Source of the DNA: Candidatus Bathyarchaeota archaeon
GTDB taxonomy: Archaea > Thermoproteota > Bathyarchaeia > 40CM-2-53-6
Direction of reading: 5' to 3'
Length of the DNA: 64,000 nt
Assembly (NCBI GenBank): GCA_005888745.1
Contig: VBBS01000027.1
Span: 55,045-119,044 of the forward strand
The position numbers and the translations under genes are program-made. A model generated the notes under the pieces. It saw only the letters and a list, made by a program, of their open reading frames with translations. It was not told where the DNA came from and made no database searches. Every line of letters starts with the position of its first letter. Within the stretch, counting starts at the first letter, position 1. Of this stretch, positions 47,986 through 57,126 are shown piece by piece.

Positions 47986-48389
47986 AACAACAACAGTCTA
48001 GCCCGGTTCCATCTGACATATTCCTCGGAAAACGTTCTTCTAATCAGACCCGTCAGTTCTAGGACAGGAGCGGGGAAGTCTTAGGCCGCATCGGAATCGT
48101 TGGAGTTGGACATTCAAAGTTCGGAAAAAGGAGCGACGCCTCCCTCCGAGAGCTAGCATTCGAAGCGTACAGTTCCGCCCTAGATGACGCCGACATCGAC
48201 TCTTCAAAAATAGACGGTTCAATAGTTTGCTCCGCCACTCACTACGACAAGCAACGATCGCCTGCAGGTGTTGTTGCGGAATATCTCGGACTCAATCCCC
48301 AACCAACATTCAACGTTGAGGCAGCCTGCGCCTCCAGCGCTGTTGGCCTTCGGACCGCGTGGGCGCTTGTCTCATCAAAACTTCATGAT

Positions 48390-49235
48390 GTGGTGGCCGT
48401 TGTGGGGGTGCAGAAGATGACCGAACTCTCCTCGGAGGAGATCCAGGAGCTCATGGGCAGAGCAGGGGACGTCATGTGGGAGTCTCCCTTCGGAACAACA
48501 ATGCCCGCATACTACGCCTCCTATGCTAACGCCCACATGGCCAAGTACGGAACTACAGAGGAACAAATGGCGCTCGTGTCGGTGAAGAACCGAAAATACG
48601 GATCCAAGAATCCTAACGCCATGTTTCAAAAACCCATCCAATTGGAAGAGGTCCTAAAATCGCGAATGGTATCTTATCCTCTAAAACTATACGATTGCTG
48701 CGCCAATGCTGACGGGGCGGCATGTCTGCTCATTACTAGTGCCGAAAAAGCAAAGAAAATTTCTGATAGACCCGTATGGATCTCCGGGCTTGGCCTGGCT
48801 TCGAGTCCCATGTCGCTTGCTGGAAGAAAAGGTCCATTGACGAGTTTCGATGCCACAAGAAATGCGGCGAGAACGGCATACGAAATGGCCAATATCAAAC
48901 CACACGACGTACATGTGGCGGAGGTTCATGACTCTTTCTCGGTAACAGAAATCATCAATTATGAAGACCTCGGATTCGCACGACCTGGAAGGGGTGCTAA
49001 GCTTCTGGAAAACCAAGGCACGGAGCTCGGCGGGAGAATCCCCGTCAACATCGACGGAGGCTTGATTTCCAAAGGCCATCCAGTCGGAGCCACAGGCGCG
49101 TCCCAGATCTTCGCATTGGTCAAACAACTACGGGGGGAAGCGGGTAGCGTTCAGGTCGACGGCGCTAAGATTGGTCTCGCACAGAACATAGGGGGAATAG
49201 GAATGTACTGCTCCGTTACGATCTTGCGCTCATGA
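48390..49235 (+). CDS. thiolase (SCP-x/archaeal acetyl-CoA C-acyltransferase type); the true gene most likely begins ~48078
   Basis: The track ORF lacks ~105 N-terminal residues; the same frame upstream encodes GRIGIVGVGHSKFGK...EAACASSAVGL (catalytic Cys) with no stop and no ATG/GTG/TTG. Confidence 0.85.
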   Translation: MVAVVGVQKMTELSSEEIQELMGRAGDVMWESPFGTTMPAYYASYANAHMAKYGTTEEQMALVSVKNRKYGSKNPNAMFQKPIQLEEVLKSRMVSYPLKLYDCCANADGAACLLITSAEKAKKISDRPVWISGLGLASSPMSLAGRKGPLTSFDATRNAARTAYEMANIKPHDVHVAEVHDSFSVTEIINYEDLGFARPGRGAKLLENQGTELGGRIPVNIDGGLISKGHPVGATGASQIFALVKQLRGEAGSVQVDGAKIGLAQNIGGIGMYCSVTILRS

Positions 49236-49281
49236 GTACATTCTCCAAGCTCTATGACGAAAAGCGAGGGCGAATCTAGGA

Positions 49282-50208
49282 TTGCAGGTGGACATTCAAG
49301 AGTTGACCCCCATTCAAAGCTTCGGCAGAAGAATTCGAGCCTATGATAAAGCCACACGCCTCGCAAAGGAAGGTCGCCCTGTCACTGAAATCTCGAAAGA
49401 GACGGGAACGCCTGACGCTACCATCAGGGGATGGCTCGTAAACGGTCGAAAACCTTGGACCCGCTGCGAACTCTTCAAACCAACGTACTCTGATCAATTA
49501 ACATATGTTATCGGTGTTTACATGGGAGACGGCTCGATTTCCCGATGGAGAAATCGTTTTTTACTGCGATTAGATGTCAAAGACAAAGAATTCGCCGATA
49601 AGTTTTCTTCAACATGCGCACATGTTCTGGGTAGGAAACCATATTCTGTGAGGCATGTCAGGGATAGGGACACATACGAGACTATCATTTCAAACGCGTC
49701 TTTCTGCAAGTTCCTCAACCGAGGCCTCACCCACCTGGATCGGTATGTACGGGAGCATCCCTCTGGCTTTGTTAGAGGTTTAGCTGATAGCGATGAGTGC
49801 CCCACTGTGACAACAACAAAAAAGCGGGGCAAACCCTGGTTCTTCGTCCAAGTTGTAGTAGCAACATCCAAGAGCATACGCTTACTGAGCTATACTCGGA
49901 CGATCCTGAGGGAATGCCTCGGACTCAAAGCGACGCTAGTGTACAAAGGCAAGCCAAGACCCAGTGTGTTCAAGAACAAGTTGCTCCGTTCAAGAAAGAG
50001 GGTCTTTGACCTTAGGATATCGCGCTTTGGTGACGTGAAACGATTCTCCCGGGTTGTTGGTTTCGAATTGGCTCGGAAACAAGAGAAGCTTGCCGCTGCT
50101 ATCTTCGTCCGTGAAGGATTTGGTTCTGGTCAGGATGCGGTGAAAGAGTGGACCCGTCGCTGGGAGCATGGCACCACTGAGTGGATTCTCAAGAAAGGAG
50201 TGGACTAG
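49282..50208 (+). CDS. HTH + LAGLIDADG homing endonuclease-like protein
   Basis: N-terminal HTH-like region (ISKETGTPDATIRGWL), then motifs IGVYMGDGSI and VRGLADSDEC; lies between thiolase and its DUF35 partner and overlaps the DUF35 start. Confidence 0.65.
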   Translation: MQVDIQELTPIQSFGRRIRAYDKATRLAKEGRPVTEISKETGTPDATIRGWLVNGRKPWTRCELFKPTYSDQLTYVIGVYMGDGSISRWRNRFLLRLDVKDKEFADKFSSTCAHVLGRKPYSVRHVRDRDTYETIISNASFCKFLNRGLTHLDRYVREHPSGFVRGLADSDECPTVTTTKKRGKPWFFVQVVVATSKSIRLLSYTRTILRECLGLKATLVYKGKPRPSVFKNKLLRSRKRVFDLRISRFGDVKRFSRVVGFELARKQEKLAAAIFVREGFGSGQDAVKEWTRRWEHGTTEWILKKGVD

Positions 50209-50620
50209 GCAATTGGGTTTTGAAAAGTTCGGGAGATTTGGTTATGTCTCCCAGACCAAGATCAACCCCTTGTTATCCTATCTGGAAAAGGGGCAGATTG
50301 CCGCGACCAAGTGCAAGAAGTGCGGGAGAACGTACTTTCCACCAAGAGCCGAGTGCCTGGACTGCCGCCACAGTACGATAGAATGGGTTGTAGTGGACGG
50401 GAGGAGCAAACTGATCACATTCACCCAGGTTTTCTTCGCACCACCCGCCTTTCAGCACGAAACCCCGTACATGCTAGGACTTGCGGAACTCACGAATGGG
50501 CTTCGCGTATTCGCGCCTGTCAGTCCTGCAGTGGAAAAGGAGCAACTCAAACCGGGCGTCGAGCTGACCTTGAAGGTTGCAAAAGGCTCACGTGACAACT
50601 TGTACTACTGGCTCGAATGA
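50168..50620 (+). CDS. DUF35 OB-fold/zinc-ribbon protein (thiolase partner)
   Basis: CKKCGRTYFPPRAECLDC ribbon plus an OB-fold. Confidence 0.75.
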   Translation: MAPLSGFSRKEWTRQLGFEKFGRFGYVSQTKINPLLSYLEKGQIAATKCKKCGRTYFPPRAECLDCRHSTIEWVVVDGRSKLITFTQVFFAPPAFQHETPYMLGLAELTNGLRVFAPVSPAVEKEQLKPGVELTLKVAKGSRDNLYYWLE

Positions 50621-50645
50621 AGAACATGTGAATCGTCTTTCGGAG

Positions 50646-51509
50646 CTATTCGAGCCGCGGTAATCGGAGATCATCGCCCGCTGTTCGATAGCCGAGCTTG
50701 AGGGCCAATGGTGGGCGTCTCTTGTGCTCTGACTTCAACCAGCGTTCTCGAACTCTCCTGACTAGTGCCAGCTTCAAGCTCGTTTCATCCACTATCTCTT
50801 CTGGTGTCATCCATCTTTCAAGGCCCCAAAGAATCCTGTCCAGCTTCTCATAGCTGAGGCCTAATTCTTTCTCCGCTGTCTGACCTGGCCATAGCTCAGG
50901 GCTAGAAGCTTTCACGCGAATCCTCTCCGGTATGTTCAAGTGTCTGGCCAGGTTCCGGACTGATGTCTTGTAGAGATCTGCGAGGGGGAGTATGTCGCAG
51001 GCTCCATCGCCAAACTTTGTGAAGTAGCCTAGCATAATCTCACTCTTATCGCCAGTTCCCACGACGAGACCGTGCTCCGTGTTAGCATAATAGTAGAGGA
51101 CTATTGCGCGAAGCCGCGCCTTGACGTTTCCCCAAGGAATTCCCTTCGCGCTCTTTGCGTCTAGAGCGTTTCGAGAGGTTTTGACAATGGGCGTAATGTC
51201 AATTAGCTTGAAGCCTATTCTATGCTTCAACGCCACAAGTCTCGCATCTTCCACGGCCTGATCATTCCTCGTCTCATTCTCCGGCAGAGTTATCCCAAGA
51301 ACCCGCCTGCCCCCGACCGCGCGGGCGCATAGCGCCGCGGCAACACTAGAATCTAGACCACCAGACATGCCAAGGACGAGGCAGCGTGCACCGGCTTCTT
51401 CCAGGTGAGTCGTAAGAAATCGTTCAAGCCGACTTACTGTTTCCTCTGGGTCCCGAATGGCGAAAGGATCCTCGCCGTATCTAGAGGACATGGTGTCCTC
51501 GACTTTCAA
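50646..51509 (-). CDS. nadE: NAD+ synthetase (ammonia-dependent)
   Basis: PP-loop LGMSGGLDSS. Confidence 0.85.
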   Translation of the reverse strand: MKVEDTMSSRYGEDPFAIRDPEETVSRLERFLTTHLEEAGARCLVLGMSGGLDSSVAAALCARAVGGRRVLGITLPENETRNDQAVEDARLVALKHRIGFKLIDITPIVKTSRNALDAKSAKGIPWGNVKARLRAIVLYYYANTEHGLVVGTGDKSEIMLGYFTKFGDGACDILPLADLYKTSVRNLARHLNIPERIRVKASSPELWPGQTAEKELGLSYEKLDRILWGLERWMTPEEIVDETSLKLALVRRVRERWLKSEHKRRPPLALKLGYRTAGDDLRLPRLE

Positions 51510-51537
51510 GCCAGTGTAATAAGCCGAGAGTCCTTGT

Positions 51538-52797
51538 CTAGCTGATGATGCGTGAGCCGCGATCTTCTGAGGCGAGGTTCTTGAACAATGGCAGCATCCT
51601 GTCCATCGTCACCCAGCGCTCACTCGCGAACGAAGCCTCGCTCGCCGCTTCCTGAACAATATTCTTCAAGTCCCGAGGCGTCACAACGTACTGCTCGCGA
51701 ACTGTAACCCCTCGTTCAGGGATCGATGCTTCGTACAATTGTTTCCTAGACCTAATCGTCCTCCAGATATCCGCGAAGGCCTCGTCAGTCAATCCTCCAC
51801 GATAGTTCGAGACTGACGGATCCAGCTCTACCTTGGAGCAGTAAAAGTCCAATAATCTCTTGACTTCATCCATCGACCTTGGAGGCGGAACATAGATGAT
51901 CCGCTTGATCCGATCCAGAAGCGCTTGATCTATGACACTGGGATAGTTGGTGGCGAATATCACGGACACGTTTCTGTTAACGTGGAAGCCTTCTCCGAGC
52001 TCTGTAAGAATCTGGTTAAGCATTCCCTGAACATCCCTTCCCGCGTCAGTCGTCGCTTCCATCCTCGCGCGTCCAATAGCATCAGCCTCATCTATGAAGA
52101 GAACTGTAGGAGCAGATTCTCGCGCGAGCTTGAAGACCTCCTTGACGTTCTTCGCAGACTCGCCCAGCCATTTTGACACTATCTCGTAGCTCTCTATTTT
52201 GAGGAAGCTTGTCTCCTGACCCCTCTGCCCGATCGTCCCCGCAACAGCCTTCGCCATGTACGTCTTCCCAGTCCCGGGTGGACCGAAGAGAAGTATCGAC
52301 CCGGCTTCTTCAAGCATCCGTGGGTCTCGGATGATCTGCTCGCGTCGAGCTCGGACCTGAGGATCAAGTATCCACTCGACCGCCTGCCGCAGGCTGTGCA
52401 GCTCTTTTTCGAGGCCAACGACGTCTTCATAGAAGACCTTGGGCGACTTTTCCACCTGATATTCTAAGAGTGAACGCTCGCGTAAACGGTCAATCACGTC
52501 GACAATGACTCCCTTCGTCGGAGAGAGAACCGCGTCCACGTCGGTGGACACTTTTTCCCTTATCTCGGGAGGGATGCTAACCTGAAACGCTTGGCCGCCT
52601 GATAGCCGAACCAGCGCCATATCCCCCTTGACATCTTCTATGGTCCCGATGGGACGCATACCTTGCTTGAGCTCTTCCATCAGGTTGTGGTATCTGCGGA
52701 GCTCGGTCTGGAGATACTCTATCTGTCTCTCCTTTCTTGTCAGTTCTCTTTCGAGGTCAAGTGCAGGAGGATATTCTGGCGAGTTCTGCTCGGCCAT
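51538..52797 (-). CDS. PAN-like AAA+ ATPase (coiled-coil + OB N-domain), atypical C-terminus
   Basis: N-terminal coiled coil and an OB-like segment (PIGTIEDVKGDMALVRLSGG); Walker A GPPGTGKT, Walker B DEADAI; second region ALLDRIKRIIYVPPP; ends ...RIIS, i.e. no HbYX motif. Confidence 0.7.
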   Translation of the reverse strand: MAEQNSPEYPPALDLERELTRKERQIEYLQTELRRYHNLMEELKQGMRPIGTIEDVKGDMALVRLSGGQAFQVSIPPEIREKVSTDVDAVLSPTKGVIVDVIDRLRERSLLEYQVEKSPKVFYEDVVGLEKELHSLRQAVEWILDPQVRARREQIIRDPRMLEEAGSILLFGPPGTGKTYMAKAVAGTIGQRGQETSFLKIESYEIVSKWLGESAKNVKEVFKLARESAPTVLFIDEADAIGRARMEATTDAGRDVQGMLNQILTELGEGFHVNRNVSVIFATNYPSVIDQALLDRIKRIIYVPPPRSMDEVKRLLDFYCSKVELDPSVSNYRGGLTDEAFADIWRTIRSRKQLYEASIPERGVTVREQYVVTPRDLKNIVQEAASEASFASERWVTMDRMLPLFKNLASEDRGSRIIS

Positions 52798-52990
52798 GCA
52801 GCTTCTGAACTATGATACCCGTTCGGGGAATAAATAGATATGGGCTTGCCCGAGCTGCCAACTTTGTGGTCTTTCACGTAGAGACCGAGTTCGAGACTCA
52901 ACAAAGTCCCGTTTTCAAGAACTCGAGAATGGCGAACAGTTCGAGAAAAAAGTGATTGATCTATTGCAATGAATCGAGAACGCGGTCCGG

Positions 52991-53758
52991 CTAGGTGCCA
53001 ACCATCGTGCCCATGCTCGGTCTCTTTCGCAAGAACCCGAACCGCGGAAGCTGAAGCTGAATCCCTATCCCGTTTATGATATCGAACCGTACGAGCCGCG
53101 GTATAATCTGGCGACGATCCATTTTCCTGACGAGCAAGTATCGACGTAGCACCTGGTGCTCTTCTACCATTCGCAGTTCTACCACGCCGTCCACGAGACT
53201 CTCGACCTTGTGAAACAGTTCCGGCTGGACACTGCCCGTTGAGAGGGTGGCTATCATTTTTCCTCCCACCTTCTTGACTTTCGCGGCAATACTCTGGATG
53301 AAACTGACGGCATGTTTCGGCTCAGCTTCGCTAAAGATCGGCATCAACGAGTCAAGTATGATGGTCACCTGGTGATTGCCCATCTTTTCCATTACGGAGG
53401 TCAAATGAATGCTGACATTGGTCAGGTCGAATGGTTGAGGAACCACTCCCTCGGTAACTCCAGCGGTTGCAGAGTAACAATCAATGATGCCAAGTTTGTT
53501 GAGCAACTGGTACTTCCTCGGGTCCCAGCCAAACTGGCTCATTCTCTCGAGAATGTTCGAAGGAAACGTGTCGTATGTGACTATGATACAGGGTCTCGAT
53601 CTCTGAAGCTCCTCGTAGAGGATCTGTTGTGCAAGAGTCGTCTTTCCACTACCTGGGTCGCCTGTGATCAGCACAGACGAGGAATCGGGCAGACTGCCCC
53701 CTATGAGCGCGTAAAATCCCTTGAAGGGCGCGGACCTAGTCTCCAGTTGTGAGTTCAC
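52991..53758 (-). CDS. KaiC/RecA-superfamily single-domain ATPase
   Basis: Walker A ITGDPGSGKTTLAQQ, KaiC-like topology. Confidence 0.7.
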   Translation of the reverse strand: MNSQLETRSAPFKGFYALIGGSLPDSSSVLITGDPGSGKTTLAQQILYEELQRSRPCIIVTYDTFPSNILERMSQFGWDPRKYQLLNKLGIIDCYSATAGVTEGVVPQPFDLTNVSIHLTSVMEKMGNHQVTIILDSLMPIFSEAEPKHAVSFIQSIAAKVKKVGGKMIATLSTGSVQPELFHKVESLVDGVVELRMVEEHQVLRRYLLVRKMDRRQIIPRLVRFDIINGIGIQLQLPRFGFLRKRPSMGTMVGT

Positions 53759-54336
53759 CTAAGGCAAGCTAAACGTCGAAAGCTACTATTTTCCAACAGG
53801 ACCGTTCAGGCGTATGAATGGGAATTGTAACCTATCCATCCATCAAGGAGTGACCGAGCTCGTGAGGCAGCGAGAAAGCGCCCCCGCAGAACGTCGAATA
53901 AGTCAATAATGCTGAAGTGTGTCGCAAGAGGGCACTGCGAAAGGCTCGGACTGGGAACTTCGACTAGTCTAGCTGGCCTTCAAAATGGCTCGTTTCGACC
54001 CTTAGACGGAAATGAAGCTCCAGCAGATTCATCAACGTCGCAATCTCGTCGAGGTCTTCGGCATTGTCCATCCGCCTGAGGGGTTTCCCCTTTCAAGCCA
54101 CCGACGCATACGATTTCCAATCAGCTGCCGCTAGCACAGGGATTATGGTTCTGCTTAGTTTTGGTTGGATAGTTGTTGTTGGCTTGTTGACTTAGCTTGC
54201 CTCCATCGTCATCAGGGAGAGTGACCTAACCCCTCTCAATCCGACGAAGAGTTAACAGTGCCTCATTTTCTCATGCATTGTTCTCTACCAACACGAAATT
54301 ACGTGAACGGAAGACAGAAAAAAGGAGATGATCGAA

Positions 54337-55353
54337 CTAAATCTTTGGAGGCGGTAGCGGCCTTCGCACCTTGATCGCCAAAAGAATTAGGAAAAGCGCC
54401 ACACCGAAGATCGTCAATAATACGATTGCTGAGACGACAGGAGCAGAAGAAGTACCACCCGCATTCAGTGTTACGGTGCTGACCGGAGCGACTGAAGCAT
54501 CTTCCGACCATGTTCCCTGGTCTTGACCCTGGTAGAGAACGTGCGCTGAATAGGGTCCGATTGGAATATCGCCGAGTTGAACTGTTCCCTGACTGTCGGT
54601 CGTGAAAGTTCTGCTTGTTGCGTTGGCGAAGGTGATTGTTACCGATGCGCCCTGAATCGGACTGTTCAGCTTGTCGACAACTTTGACGGACGCCGGGTAC
54701 GCGCTCACCCCGACAATGGCAGAGGCTGAACCCAAGGCGAGGTCAAGGGGTACTGGGGCAGGCAGAGCTCCTTGGTAGCCTTCCCAGGTCGCCGAAGTAA
54801 CCGTCCAAGAAGTCGCGGCCAGCCACTGGCCAGAATAGGACGAGGTTGTAACACTCGAACCTGCACTCGACAATACGACAGACGTTGGACTCGGAACGAG
54901 TGATTGCCCTGCAGCATCTTTGAAGGTCAACGTATACTGGAACTGCTTATCGAACTTGGCGGTGAAGGGTCCTCCATCCAATGATCCTGTGTAATTGTAG
55001 AGCATGATCGGAGTCTGCATCATCAGAGTGGGGGTCCACTGCAAACTGGAACGGACCCATTCGTTCCATACATAACGTGCTCCTGAGGACGCTGACAAGG
55101 TTGTGTTCAGAACGGTAAGAGTATGTCGACTATTGTTTGCGAATGAGAACGTGTGTGGTAGAGGATAAACTAAGCCAGTATTGTTGTCGAGCTCAACGTA
55201 CACTGTTCCATCCGCACCAGGCACGGTTGTGTCTGCTTTGAGAAGACAGCTTGTGATGCACCCGCTGGTCGCATGAACATCTGCCAGGAAGAGCGGGACA
55301 ACCATGATTGAAAGTGCCAGAATCAGCAATGAGGCACGAGCCGTCTTCCTCAA
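54337..55353 (-). CDS. cell-surface (probably glycosylated) protein with C-terminal TM anchor
   Basis: Signal peptide, Thr/Ser-rich beta-type body with many N-x-S/T sequons, C-terminal hydrophobic helix + KVRRP. Confidence 0.5.
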   Translation of the reverse strand: MRKTARASLLILALSIMVVPLFLADVHATSGCITSCLLKADTTVPGADGTVYVELDNNTGLVYPLPHTFSFANNSRHTLTVLNTTLSASSGARYVWNEWVRSSLQWTPTLMMQTPIMLYNYTGSLDGGPFTAKFDKQFQYTLTFKDAAGQSLVPSPTSVVLSSAGSSVTTSSYSGQWLAATSWTVTSATWEGYQGALPAPVPLDLALGSASAIVGVSAYPASVKVVDKLNSPIQGASVTITFANATSRTFTTDSQGTVQLGDIPIGPYSAHVLYQGQDQGTWSEDASVAPVSTVTLNAGGTSSAPVVSAIVLLTIFGVALFLILLAIKVRRPLPPPKI

Positions 55354-55643
55354 CAGAGATGCTCACTAACGGTTGAGGAAATTGGAACTCTATGCCTTAG
55401 GACATCTTTAACCACAGTCAATCGGTGTAGGGAACAACCAGGCTTTTGAATTGAACTCATTGGGAAGCCGGTCTAAACGGTGCTCGCACGAGAAATGCAT
55501 AGTGCAATCCACATAGTGGAGCCGTTCTTGAGCCTCAACTCTTACATTGAGCATCCTTCTCCCGGATTCCCGGTCCTACGGATAGTGATGTTTCTCCGGA
55601 CATTCGAAGACTTCTAGCTCCGACCGGAATAGAAAGTTACATA

Positions 55644-56051
55644 TTGTGGCAGGCGTATGACAAGTCAGCTTTGGAACTTGGAGATCTCGAGGCAGCTGTC
55701 CTCGGGACAGTTGTTCGGCTTGGCAACGCTTCTGCCCGCCAAGTCGCTCAGGACCTGCATGCTACCCGTGGACTCGCATACACTACAATCAGTACAACGC
55801 TGGATCGTCTTTACAGGAAGGGGATCTTGGCCCGTGATGAGGCTGTTGGCAGAGGAGGGTCCAGATACGTGTATCGCCTTCACTCCGAGGACAAGGTCAA
55901 GGGTCGAGTCGTGAAAGGATTCGTTGACAGGTTGCTCACAGCCTTTGGACCCAGCATTATCTCGACGTTGCATGACTACATGGATGAGATTCCAAAGGAG
56001 GACCTGAAGAAGCTGGAAGAAAGAGTTCGTAGGGAGTCCGGGCAACGATAA
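55644..56051 (+). CDS. BlaI/MecI/CopY-family winged-helix transcriptional repressor
   Basis: LGDLEAAVLGTVVRLGNASARQVAQDL...TTISTTLDRLYRKGIL. Confidence 0.7.
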   Translation: MWQAYDKSALELGDLEAAVLGTVVRLGNASARQVAQDLHATRGLAYTTISTTLDRLYRKGILARDEAVGRGGSRYVYRLHSEDKVKGRVVKGFVDRLLTAFGPSIISTLHDYMDEIPKEDLKKLEERVRRESGQR

Positions 56052-56155
56052 GCCTGGAACTGTACTCGCTCTACTTCCTTTCGACAGCTACCCTGGGAAT
56101 TGTAGCAACAGTTCTGATAGTCCAAATTGCTTCCTATATCGCCTACCGATCAAGT

Positions 56156-56956
56156 GTGGGAAATCCCTCTCGCAGATCCAGCCTCCTATATCCGATACTA
56201 TCCTCTTCTGTTTTCTTCTGGTCGTTTCTTGGAACTAGCCTTGTAGTGTGCACGCTCTTCCTCAATATGTACGAGTGGCAATCACAACGAGTGATAAGAC
56301 TCGTGTTTGGAAGTTCGCTGGTAGCATCTATCGGAATCTCCTCTCTCATGTCCCTTATTGCTCGAAGATACGCGTTCCCTAGAATGCTTGGGGGAATGAT
56401 CGCAGGAACATTCTCGAGCTCTAGACTGAGCGAAACATGTGCGGAGCTATGCAACAAGATGGGTATCAAAGGAGTCGACCTTAGAGAAGCTAGGGTGGGA
56501 AACGCGTTTTCTTTGGACAATGGGAGTTGGAAGGTCGTTGCCGTATCTCCCGAGCTGGTGAGTTCCATGTCACCGGCGGAAGTCGAGGCGGTCATTGCTC
56601 ACGAGATCTCTCACTTGAAGAACAAGGATTCTCGAGAGAAGGGACTTGCAAGGCTGGCTAAACTGGCCTTCGTTTTTGACCCCGTGCTGCATCTTGTTGA
56701 GGCTGCGGTCCACAGAGAACGTGAACTCCTCGCCGACCAGTTGTCAGTGGAATACACTCAGAAGCCGTTGGCACTCGCATCAGCTTTGCTGAAGGTTCAT
56801 TCAGCCTTCCACGCCCCATTGCCTGGGCCTGGAGCCGGATTGTTTGTAGGTCGAAAGACAAGAGGTCTCTTGAGCAGGTATCCCGACCTTGATCGAAGAG
56901 TCCAGCTGCTAATTGACATGGACCGAGAGATGAAGACTCAGACGATCCCCGCCTGA
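56156..56956 (+). CDS. BlaR1-like M56/M48 zinc metalloprotease, membrane-embedded, no sensor domain
   Basis: N-terminal TM helices; HEISHL (HExxH) motif; directly downstream of the BlaI-like gene. Confidence 0.65.
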   Translation: MGNPSRRSSLLYPILSSSVFFWSFLGTSLVVCTLFLNMYEWQSQRVIRLVFGSSLVASIGISSLMSLIARRYAFPRMLGGMIAGTFSSSRLSETCAELCNKMGIKGVDLREARVGNAFSLDNGSWKVVAVSPELVSSMSPAEVEAVIAHEISHLKNKDSREKGLARLAKLAFVFDPVLHLVEAAVHRERELLADQLSVEYTQKPLALASALLKVHSAFHAPLPGPGAGLFVGRKTRGLLSRYPDLDRRVQLLIDMDREMKTQTIPA

Positions 56957-57126
56957 AGGAACGCTCTTTTATAGCCTCACCAGGTTTGGATTGCGGACTT
57001 GACAGTTCAAATTCAGAAATACAAAATGCTGATCGGGGGAGAGTGGAAGGACAGCGCAAATGGCGCTGTTTCATCAGTTCTTGATCCTTCAAACAACGTA
57101 CAAGACAGGACGCGAAAGCTGCAGTC

